Assembly: GCF_963921235.1 (NCBI RefSeq)
Contig: NC_086097.1
Location: 181,910,001 to 181,974,000, forward strand
Length of the DNA stretch: 64,000 bases
Reading direction: 5' to 3'
From: Mobula hypostoma
Lineage: Eukaryota
Positions within the stretch are counted from its first letter, which is position 1, and each line of letters begins with the position of its first letter. Both the position numbers and the translations under genes were made by a program. Shown one piece after another: positions 10,708 through 21,192 of this stretch. The notes under the pieces were generated by a model. It saw only the letters and a program-made list of their open reading frames with translations, did not search any database and was not told where the DNA came from.

Positions 10708-13263
10708 TTGGTTTCATGGATGCTGATCAACTGGCTGGAGGGTTCACTGAGATCTTTAACCTCTTGCTTCAGCAGTCTGAGGTATGCACCTGCTTCAAGC
10801 AGGCTTCAGTTATTCTGGTACCCAAGAACATGGTGACCTGTCTCAAACTGTCGTCCAGTAGCATTTACATTCGCAGTAATGAAATGTTTTGAGAGATTAG
10901 TGATGAATTGTTTTGAGAGGCTGGTAATGAAACACATCAACTCCTGCCTGAGAAGTGACTTGCATCACACACAAAAAATGCTGGTGGACGCAGCAGGCCA
11001 GGCAGCATCTATAGGAAGATGTACAGTCGACATTTTGGGCTGGGACCCTTTGTCAGGACTAACTGAAAGAAGAGATAGTAAGAGATTTGCAAGTGGGAGG
11101 GGGAGGGCAAGATCTGAAATGATAGGAGAAGACAGGAGGGGAGGGGTGGATCTAAGAGCTGGAAAGTTGATTGGCAAAAGGGATACCAGACTGGAGAAGG
11201 GAGAGGATCATGCGACAGGAGGCCTGGGGAGGGGGGGGGGGGAGTTAGAGGGTGGAGAGCAGGGAAGGAGTTATAGTGAGAGGGACAGAGGGAGAAAAAA
11301 GAGAGAGAAAAAAAGGGGAGGAGGGGCATTAACGGAAGTTTGAGAAGTCAGTATTCATGCCATCAGGTTGGAGGCTACCCAGATGGAATATAAGATGTTG
11401 TTCCTCCAACCTGAGTGTGGCTTCATCTTGACAGTAAAGGAGGCCGTGGATAGACATATCAGAATGGGAATGGGACGTGGAATTAAAATGTGTGGCTACT
11501 GGGAGATCCTGCTTTCTCTCCTGTAGATGCTGCCTGGCCTGCTGCGTTCCACCAGCATTTTTTGTGTGTGATGCAAGTCACTTCTCAGGCAGGAGTTGAT
11601 GTTTCATTACCAGCCTCGCAAAACAATTCATCACCAATCTCTCAAAACATTTCATTACTGTGCATGTAAATGCTATTGGACAACAGTTTGAGACAGGTCA
11701 GCATGTTCTTGGGTACCAGTATAACTGAAGCCTGCTTAATTCCACGTCCCATTCCCATTCTGACATGTCTATCCACGGCCTCCTCTACTTTTAAGATGAA
11801 GCCACACTCAGGTTGGAGGAATAAGACCTTATATTCCGTCTGGGTAGCCTCCAACCTGATGGCATGAATATTGGCTTCTCTAACTTCTGTTAATGCCCCT
11901 CCTCCCCTTCACACCCCATCCTTTATTTATTTAATATATTTTTATTTCCCCCCCTTCTTTTTCTCTCTCTCTCTCTTTTTTCTCCCTCTGTCCCTCTCAC
12001 TATAACTCCTTCCCTGCTCTCCACCCTCTAACTCCCCCCCCCCCTCCCCAGGCCTCCTGTCGCATGATCCTCTCCCTTCTCCAGTCTGGTATCCCTTTTG
12101 CCAATCAACTTTCCAGCCCTTAGATCCACCCCTCCCCTCCTGTCTTCTCCTATCATTTCAGATCTCCCCCTCTCCCTCCTACTTTAAAATCCCTTACTAT
12201 CTCTTCTTTCAGTTAGTCCTGACGAAGGGTCCTGGCCCAAAATGTCGACTGTACCTCTTCCTATAGATGCTGCCTGACCTGCTTCGTTCCACCAGCATTT
12301 TTTGTGTGTGTTGCTTGAATTTCCAGCATCTGCAGATTTCCTTGTGTCTTGCATCAATCCATTTTACCTACTGGAGCAACAGGTCCACAGCAGTTGCCAT
12401 CTGATTGGCTCTTCACTCAATCGTGGAACATCTGGACAGCAAACTACAGCTCAACATTCAATACCATCATCCCCTCAAAACCAATCTATGACCTTGACCT
12501 CAATATCTTCTTGTGCAATTGAATCCTCGATTTCCTCACTTGCACACCCCAGTCAATTGGGATTGACATCTCCTCCACAATTTCTGTAAACACAGGTGCA
12601 CTGTAAGGCCGTGTGCTTCGCCCCCTGCTCTACTTGCTGTGCACTTATGACTGTCTGGCTAAGCACAGCTCCAATAACATATTCAAATTTGCAGATGACT
12701 CTACTGTCGCAGGCTGAATCAAAAGTGGTCTTGAATCAGTATACAGGGAGGAAATTGAAAATCTGGCTGAGTCATGCCATAGCAACAACCTTTTAATGTC
12801 GGCAAGACCAAGAAGCTGATTATCGACTTCAGGAGAAAGAAAACTATCCTCATGACAGTCCTCATCGGAGGATAGAGGTGGGGTGGGTCAGCAACTTTCA
12901 ATTCCTTTGTGTTATTGTTTCAGCGGATCCAGCACAATTACAAAGTGCAATTACAAAGAAAGCATAGCAGTGCCTCTACTTCCTTGGAGTTTGAGAAGAT
13001 TTGGGATGACATCTAAAACTTAGACAAAATTCTAGAGATGTGTAGTGGAATGTATATTGACTGGCTGCATCACAGACTGGTATGGAAACACCGAATCCCT
13101 TGTATGGAAAATCCTGTAAAAAGTAGTGGATACAGCCCAGTCCATCACAGGTAAAGCTCTCCCCATCTTTGAGCATGTCTACATGAAACTGTCGCAGGAA
13201 AGCAGCATCTATCATCAGGGACCTCCACCACCCATGTCACGCTCTCGCTGCTGCCATTGGGTA
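10708..13263 (+). mobile_element. Rex1/Babar LINE RT region, split by a Penelope-like insertion
   Basis: Reads MKCFERLVMKHINSCLRSD before 10967 and resumes at 12348. It continues through KFADD (aaatttgcagatgac, ~12686) to the C-terminal region. Confidence 0.85.
10968..12347. mobile_element. Penelope-like insertion with inverted arms and captured inverted flank
   Basis: Flanked by the 9-bp direct repeat cttgcatca (10959-10967, 12348-12356). 10967-11486 is inverted relative to 11736-12310. Contains the end of the GIY-YIG ORF and two decayed hammerheads (~11024-11061 and 12214-12251). Confidence 0.9.
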
Positions 13264-13669
13264 GAAATCAAAATCAAATCAAGTTTAATTATTCAAGCAA
13301 AGGTTCATAACATACATTCAAATTAGTAAGAGAGAAAAAAAGCACACATTGTTACGCAAGAAACACATGTATAGTGCAAGTCCATGAGTGACACGCAAGT
13401 TGATAGTACAGCTCCCAGAGCTGTACCATCAACTTGCCTGTCATTCCACTAATTGAACACTGGAGGGCAGCACTGACAGAAGAGACCACCTCCCAACCAA
13501 GCACGGACTCATTGCTACATTGCCTGCAGTGTCTTCTCAACTGGACTGCAATAGCAGGAAAGCCCGTGGCTTGAGGCCTAGTCTTCGCAACAACCAAGGC
13601 CATGCTGTTGCCTGGCTTACCTCCAAACAAGGGAGACAGGCCTGCAGTGTCTTACATTAACAATGTCCA

Positions 13670-13801
13670 CAAACAACAGGAATTCTGCAGATGCTGGAAA
13701 TTCAAGCAACATACATCAAAGTTGCTGGTGAACGCAGCAGGCCAGGCAGCATCTATAGGAAGAGGCGCAGTCGACGTTTCAGGCCGAGACCCTTCGTCAG
13801 G
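13670..13801 (-). mobile_element. Short Penelope-derived insertion (hammerhead plus terminal tail only)
   Basis: 132 bp between the 10-bp direct repeat acaatgtcca (13660-13669, 13802-13811). The sequence matches the PLE terminal repeat. Confidence 0.85.
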
Positions 13802-13803
13802 AC
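13768..13803 (-). ncRNA. Minimal type I hammerhead ribozyme, intact core
   Basis: The minus strand reads gtc CTGACGA agggtctcggcct GAAA CGTC/gac. This gives the conserved CUGANGA and GAAA boxes, a GUC cleavage triplet, palindromic ACGT stem III and a short helix I. Confidence 0.8.
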
Positions 13804-14495
13804 AATGTCCAGCAGGATCTTGTGATTGCAAGAGAAATGTCCAAGACAGTCGCTCATGGTTACAATGCATGCTGCTTTCACGCACCAACTCTGATATTTT
13901 TGAGTGGCAGGCAGCAACATGGTTTGCGCCCAGGTCAGCTCCTCCAAACATTCTCCAGCCCGAGTGCTGGCCCATCCTTCTCTGACTCACCTCTCGGCTC
14001 CTTCAATGCCTGGCTGGCTGCTCCAAACAATGAGTGGCTCACTGATGAGGTAGACCTTCCATACCTATTGTTCCTGGAATCCAATATAGTAGTACGATCA
14101 TTTTTTTAAAAAAAAGGGTATTTTAAAAAGAAAAGTGCACCCCGAGGATGGACCCCGAGAAGGTACAGGAGTCTCAGGACTCACACCACCAGGTTCAGGA
14201 ACAGTTACTACCCCTCAGCCATCAGGCTCTTGAATCAAAGGGGATAACTTCACTTAACTTGCCCCATTATTGAAATGTTTCCACAGCCTGTTGACTCACT
14301 TTCAAGAACTCATCATCTCATGTGCTTGAGACTTATTTATTTATTTATTACTTTTTTTTGTATTTGCACAGTTTGTTGTCTTTTGCGCTCTAGTTATATG
14401 TCCAAGATAGTGTGGTCTTACATTGATTCTGTTATGCATATTATTCTATGGATCTATTGAGTATGCCTGCAAGAAAATGAATATCGGGGTTGTAG

Positions 14496-15870
14496 GTTGT
14501 TCAAAAGTTAGTTTATTATCAAAGTATACAACTCTGAGATTTTTCAGTTCTCTGGGTAGTCATGAAACCAAGAAGGAAAAGAAAGGGAACATGATCATTA
14601 ACCCCCCCCCCCCAAATCCTATGTCCCTGCAAAAAAAAACTGAACAGGCACATCAACCTCCAAATCCCCCTCCCTGCACATAAAACTGAACAAAACGATA
14701 TGGCACATCTGATCCCCAATCCTTCTTCCCTGACAAAAAAACGATCAAAACTGATTTAGGCACATCATCCCCCAAATCCCCCTCCCTGCACTAAAAGAAA
14801 CTCAGAAGATCAGGTGAGAAAACACAGAAAACAGTAGAAATGGTGGGAAAACTCTAAGACTGGGGTAAAAAAGAGTCTATGTTCCAAGTCCACATCCAAA
14901 ACACAGAAGAAACCTGGGCAACACTCTCTGGGCATAGCAGCAGGCTCTTCCCTCTCCGGTACAGAGCAACTGATCAAAAAAAGCAAACAGCGGGTGCTCA
15001 CTGTCTGCACTCGTTTTGTTGCTTCAATCTCCCTCGTGGCTTTAACCAGTGAACAATGGTAGCTATAATCGGTGAAATGGAGCCAAACATTGGCTTGTGC
15101 CCCATCCTGCAGCCTGCCCACTAAGAAGGTTCGCTCATGCTGCCTCTGCCTCCCAGAATCCTCGCAGAGGCAGCAGAGCGCTGGAACACTCAAATGATCT
15201 CCAAACATCAGCACTCGCCTCTGTTTCAATCGCCCTTGTCGCTTTAATCAGTGAACAATGGTAGCTATAATCGGTGAGATTGGGTCAAACATCAATTTGT
15301 GCGTCATCCTACAGCCTTCTCGCCACTGTCTCTCATGCAGCCTCTGCCTCCTGAAATCATCTCAGAGACTGCAGAGTGCTGAAGCACCAAAACAACCTCC
15401 TTGTATTCCGTCTGGGTAGCCTCTGACCTGATGGGATGAATATCGAGTTCTCAAACTTCTGGTAATGCCCCCCCCCCCCACCCCTCACCATTCCCTATCC
15501 CCTTTTCCCTCTCTCACCTCATCTCCTTGCATGCCCATTGCCTCCCTCCAGTGCTCCTCCCCCCTTTTTTTTCTTGCATGACTTGTTCTCTCCTATTGGA
15601 CCCTTCTCCAGCCCTCTTTCACCAGTCAACTTCCTAGCTCTTTACTTCATCCCTCCTCCTCCTGGTTTCAACTATCACCTTGTGTTTCTCTCTCACTTCA
15701 CCCATCTTTTAAATCTACTCATCTTTTTCCTCCAGTCATGCTGAGGGGACTCTGCCCGAAACGTCGACCGTACTTTTTTTCCATAGATGCTGCCTGGCCT
15801 GCTGAGTTCCTCCAGCATTTTATGTGTGTTGTCTAAACTGCAAAATACAGGCTCCAACACATTCAAGATA
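14496..15870 (-). mobile_element. Unclassified non-coding retro-like repeat with internal tandem repeats
   Basis: Its left end is homologous to 40421-40657. It has ~60-bp internal repeats at ~14598-14800 and a ~200-bp tandem duplication (15024-15225 vs 15226-15400). Confidence 0.5.
15401..15832 (+). mobile_element. Penelope-like 3' fragment with decayed hammerhead
   Basis: Reads LVFRLGSL*PDGMNIEFSNF (GIY-YIG end), then the pyrimidine-rich UTR and cagtc-atgctga-...-gaaacgtc-gac at 15733-15770. Confidence 0.8.
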
Positions 15871-17898
15871 ACAAACTTTGATAATAAGTTTACTTTGAAC
15901 TTCTGAACTTTGGATGACTGTGGTTCCCTTCTTGCTGCGCAATCTGTTTGCAGTGGGTGGGTTAGTGTTGCAGTGGTTATGTGGGATGAGTGTTTTAATG
16001 TTGGGAACAGCAACTCATGGATAGACTGAGAACAGATCCTGCTGTCTTCTGATCTGCAGGGACCCTCTACTGAATGACTGTTCTATCTGAGTGACATCTT
16101 GTAAGTAAATTATCAATGAGAAATGAAGGTCAGTTTGCACATCACCAGCAGTTCTTTTAAGCACAAGAGCATTGAAATATATTAGAAAACAAGGTGAGGT
16201 CGCTCAGCCTCCAGAGTCTGCTCAGACATTCAGTCAGCTCATGGCTGATCTACTCATCCTCAACACCACTCTCTGGCTCTTCTCATGTCTCTCAACTCCC
16301 TCACCATTTCAACATCCGTGTCTCCCCTTTGAATATACTTGGTGACTCAATCTCCATTCTCTCGGGGAGAAAATCCCAAAGTGTCATGATACCCAAGTGA
16401 AGAAATTTCTCCTCATCCCCTTCTGAAATGGACACAATTCTTTATTTGGAAGCTAGTTCTAGATAACACACCAGGGGAAGCATTCTGGCACCATATCCCC
16501 ATATCCCTATTAACTCCCCCCCCCCCCGATATTATATGCATCAATATGTTTACATTAAATGATGCCATTTAGGTATCCATGTTATAGAGTAGCTGGCCTT
16601 CTCACATTTGATTTGAATCTTCTACATTACCATAAAAAACTGCTGTTAAATTTCCTCTTAATTTTAAATCAGGTTTTGCATAAATTCCATTAGCTCTCCT
16701 GCTGTGCACTAATAGGCTGTGAATTAACCATCAAATGCAGCCTTCCCTGTCTCGTCAGATGGACCTGCAAATCAGCTAATAAATGTTTCAATGAATCTAG
16801 AGTGCAACCTTCCCAACTGCTTTGAAACCTTGAAAAGAAAAATCTGACAGATTGCAGGAAAGATGAAGTAACAGAAAATGCAGGAGGCATTTATCAGGTC
16901 AGGCAGTTCTGCTGGTATGTCATTGATCTGAAACTTAATTCTGTTTTGCTGTCTCCAGAGGAATACTTCTCACAACCCGTGCCTTTGCTTTCAAACTGCC
17001 TCTCCACATCTGCTTGGTGGGTTGTTCTGCGAGTTGTTGTTTGTCTTGGTTTGTAGGACATCAGCACTTGGGTGTAATACTATAGCCATCATCCTGAGAA
17101 CAATCGTTAACACTCTAATATCGACTTATTTCTGACACGTTGACATTTTTTGATATCGTCAATTGTCGCATTGCTTAACGTAGTTTTCATTCAGGGACAT
17201 TTCCAGTCAGTGAAAAAGGGGAGAAGAAAGTTGTGATAGAGAATGGTTATTTTGCCTACTGAGCCTATACTGGGTCACAGAGCAATCCCAGTCCCATTAA
17301 TTTCCCTTGTTGTGTATTCTCTTCCTATTCCTATCAACTTCCCCCAGGTTCACCACTTACCTATACACTGTGAACAATGCAGAGTAGCCAATTAATCAGA
17401 ATTAGGTTTATTATCACTGTCATTTGTTGGGAAATTTGTTGCTTTGCGGCAAGAAAAAAAAATCAGAAAAGTAAATAAAAGTGCAAAAACAGAATAATGA
17501 AGGGTGTTCAGGGACCATTCAGGAATCTGTTGGTGGAGGAGAAGAAATTGTTCGTAAAATATTGAATGTGGGTCTTTAGGCTTCTGAACTTCCTCCCTAA
17601 ATCCATACACATCTTTGAGCTACAGAGAAAGGCAGAGCATCTGGGGGAAGTTCACGTGGTTGCAGGTGGAATGTATGAACTCTGTACAGATAAGATTGAA
17701 GATCAGGAGGTTTATGAAACTGCTAGCTGTATAGTATAGTGTTAAATATAGTGAGCTGCTGCCTGGTGCAGATTCAAGCTGTCCCAGTCTGCCTGGTGAA
17801 GGTAATAAAGTTGAGGTTGGGACACCCAAGAGGAGAATATAGGACAGTAAGGATAAGTTTGTTTCAAGATGATAACTGAAGGAACAGCGGTATATTTT

Positions 17899-18044
17899 GA
17901 TGGCAGTCCTGATGAAGAGTCTCAGTGCGAAAGGTCAACTGTTTATTCTTTTCCATAGACGCTGCATGGCCTGCTGAGTTCCTCCAGCATTTTGTGTGTG
18001 CTGCATTGGATTTCCAGCATCTGCAGATTTTCTTGTGTTTCTGA
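17899..18044 (+). mobile_element. Short Penelope-derived insertion (hammerhead plus tail)
   Basis: Contains cagtc CTGATGA agagtctcagtgc GAAA ggtc aactg, then the PLE tail. Flanked by tatatttt at 17891-17898 and 18045-18052. Confidence 0.75.
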
Positions 18045-19029
18045 TATATTTTCAGGTCTTGCTTGTGTGGCTAGGAGGGAACCACCAGGTGGTGAAGTTT
18101 CAGTGCACTGTTATCCTCATTCTTCCAGGACCTAGAAAGTGAAGTACTGTTGTAGTAGGTGCCACTGTGCCTTTCGTAAACAGTTTGCATCTGCCCAGTA
18201 CATTAGGGGTGGACAGGATATCACTAAATTGTTTTTTTTTCTCCTGAGACTATAAAGAATAAGAAGCAGTTGTAGTCCATGTGACTCACCATCTTGGAAT
18301 GCTCTCCCTTTAATATGATTATGGCTGATCCTGTGCCTTGTTCACATTTGCACCTAATCCTCCATGCTGAGATGCCCCCAGCCCAAAAATCTATTGATTT
18401 CTGTCTTAAATACACGATGACAAAGCAGCAAAAGCAGCTCACTCTGAAAGAATTTCTCCTCCTCCCAATGAAGGGTGATTCTTCATCTGTTGCAGGCCAT
18501 ACAGTTAGTTGATATCAACTTCTTGACATCAATTCTCCTAGCCATAGATGGCGCTGTGCGATCACCAGCCATTCTTTTAACCAATGAATGTTGGTTTCTC
18601 ACTCACTTTTGAAGGACAATCCATTCATCGCAGGAATCAGTCTCGTAAATATACACTGCTCTGACCCAAGTGCTGTACACCAGGAGAACAAAACTACATA
18701 GTGTATTTCAGATGAATTTTCATCAAAGCCCTGTTCAGTCTCAGAAAGAATTCCTTATTTATGTACTCCAAGATGCTTGCAACAAACGCCCACAACATTT
18801 GGCTTCCTAATTGCTTATGTATCTGTATATCAACTTCTGTGAACAAGCACACAAAATATTTCAGTAGACACCAGCATTTATTCATACAGAAATGTAGTGT
18901 TGAAATAGGCCCCTCAGCCCATCAGTTCGAAACCATCAACCACCAATTTACACTAATCCCATATTTTTCTCCCCACATTCCCATCAGCTCCCCCAGATTC
19001 TACCGCTCACCACAGACTAGAGGTGACGG

Positions 19030-19300
19030 TAGGGCAGCATAGCTGCCAGTATTTATTTAGCGATGCCTCCTATCTCAACCTATATAATGTTACATAATAG
19101 CAAATTACCGCGCCAGTGACTTGGGTTCAGTTCCACCACTGTCTGTAAGGGATTTGTATGTGACTGTGTGGGTTTCCTTCAGGTTCTCTGGTTTCCTTCC
19201 ACATTTCAAAGACTTGTGGGTTAGTAGGTTACATGGGTGTAATTAGGCGGCAGAGGTGTGTTAGGTGGAAGTGCCTGTTCTCGTGTTGTATCTCTAAATT
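19030..19300 (+). mobile_element. V-SINE/HE1-like SINE
   Basis: V-domain-like core tgtgtgggtttccttcaggttctctggtttccttccaca, followed by a CR1-like tail ending tatctctaaa. Confidence 0.65.
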
Positions 19301-19822
19301 TTAAAAAAGTACTTTCATTATCCAATTAATCAACCAACTTGCACATCTTTGGGAGGTGGGAGAGAACCAGTGGTCACAGGGTGTACGTGCAAACTCCTCA
19401 CAGACAGTGCCTGAGAAGGAGATTGAACACAGGTCTTTGGTGTTATGAGACAGCAGTATAAGTATGACATACCTGGTTTTATTTACTGTTTTAGAAAAAT
19501 AGCTTTTCAACCTCTTCTTCAAAGATTTTAGTCTCACATTTTTCCATTACATTTACGACATTGTTGCACTGTTGACTGTTGCTGTCCGTTTGCTGAATCT
19601 TTGGATTCTCCTACAGTTGAATACTTTCACAGTTGGCTCTTTCAAACGAAAAGCTATTTATCTGAGCCATAAGTAATGAATACCTGTGAATCTAGGTCTG
19701 TCCCTTGAAAACAACAAATTTATTACTGCTCTCTCAAAGTTTTGTGAGAACTGGGAGAGAGAGTCAGTTTCAACTGCAGATGAAGTGACAAGATTGGAAC
19801 AACAAAGGGATTATTCATGGTA

Positions 19823-20511
19823 AGGTTTGTCCATCGTCATCGATGAAGACCTCGACACCATTAGTACTTTTTACGAGGTCGAATTGCGAGCTCGACACTC
19901 AACCCAGCACGGATGGAAAGCATGCCCGGGGGCGGCCCGACTGGATTCGAACTTGGGAACCTTCGCTCCTAGAGTCCGACGCTGATGTCACTGCGCCACC
20001 AGCCGGCTTGTGATGTCGAGACTAGCGCTTGATTTGGATTTAAGTGCGCAGCGTCAGCCTCACTCTCTCTACCCAATTCCCATCTGGATCCAGTGACAAG
20101 ACAGAGTCGAGACGGCTGGAGATGGGACTAGCGCAGTGGATGACCCGGATGTCTTCTGTGTCTTGTCCTGCTCTACGTGTTCCACGACGTTTGCAGAGAC
20201 TGCCTTCTTGACTGTTGGATTTTCCATTGGTCTCGTCCGCTCAATCAGCCGGAGTCTGTCTTCACATGCTGGGATAGACAGCTCCCTATATCACCGCGGG
20301 TTTGAGACCTGTCGCTACCTTCACCTGGTTTAGCTGGCTTGTTGAAGCCGTTGCCTGGGGTGTGGCCGCTGTCACATGCAAACAGCTACGGGGAGCCACA
20401 GGTGAGAGCTGAGTGCCAGGTGGGGACCAGAGGTGGACAAACTGCTTTGAAAAGGACGCGACATGTTTCCCCACCAGAGGCGCTACCCCTCCCTGACGCC
20501 CCATGCACCCC
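19823..20511 (-). mobile_element. Non-autonomous RTE-clade element (5' UTR fused to 3' end)
   Basis: The minus-strand 3' end gagagtgaggctgacgctgcgcacttaaatccaaat...gacgatggacaaac is RTE-type. No ORF. Imperfect 12-bp TSD: ttattcatggta (19811-19822) and ttattaatgata (20512-20523). Confidence 0.7.
19863..20007 (-). mobile_element. tRNA-derived SINE nested in the RTE element
   Basis: The minus strand begins gccggctggtggcgcagtg (A box) and contains gttcgaatcc (B box). A short tail ends cctcgtaaaaa. Confidence 0.8.
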
Positions 20512-20829
20512 TTATTAATGATACAGTGAGACCAAATGGATAAATTTGGAGTTAGAGGCAGGTTATGCTGCTTTGGCTGTGTTAAGTGTTCTAATAGGAG
20601 AGTTTTGGATGTGGTGATGTGGCTAAGGGGACAAACTGTGCTTGTAGAAAGAGAGAGATGGAGCTGAGAATCAGGGGTGACTGGCCAGTTCTGGTACAGA
20701 CAGAAAGAGCAAGTTTCTGAAAATTGGAAAATTTGATATCTTTCCATTGATATTACTGGACCTTCTGAGTGCTTAGGGTATTTTGTATTCTTATTCTAGA
20801 TTTTCAGCATCTGTATTTTATCGTTTTAT

Positions 20830-20964
20830 TCACAAACAAGAGAAAATCTGCAAATGCTGGAAGTCCCAGCAATACACATAGAATGCTGGAGGAACTCAGC
20901 AGGCCAGGCAGCATTAATGGAAAAAAGTACAGTTGATGTTTTGGACCAAAACCCTTTGGCAGGA
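20830..20964 (-). mobile_element. Short Penelope-derived insertion (decayed hammerhead plus tail)
   Basis: Same extent as 13670-13801, ending at ...ccctttggcaggac. Confidence 0.75.
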
Positions 20965-21192
20965 CACATTTTATGCTGCTTTATGTCTAATCAATCCACT
21001 GTCTATGTAATGTATTACCTTCAACTGTAAGAGCCTGTGTATTGTCTAGCAGTTTCTTAAAGGGTACTTGATATGGTAGTCACTTGTTTTTTTTCCTCAA
21101 TCTGTCCTGCTATCTCCCTGTTAAATGTGTAAAACTTGACTTTCCTTTCAAGGTCCTTGTTTGATAAGCCACACTCAACCATTTCCTAAGTA

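Larger units (their letters stand above)
14155..15911 (+). mobile_element. Rex1/Babar 3' end (14155-14495 plus ~15870-15911) hosting nested insertions
   Basis: Reads RRYRSLRTHTTRFRNSYYPSAIRLLN. Its 3' tail breaks at ~14495 and finishes at ~15876-15911 (tgataataagtttactttgaac). Confidence 0.7.

Noticed and set aside
19935..20007. Functional tRNA gene
   Set aside because: A and B boxes are present, but the sequence continues into a SINE tail, sits inside another element, and I could not form a clean acceptor stem.
20400..20511. HDV-like ribozyme at the 5' end of the RTE element
   Set aside because: A helix ggtgggga/tccccacc exists on the minus strand, but I could not build a canonical L3/P1.1/P4 nested pseudoknot by eye. 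It needs a descriptor search.
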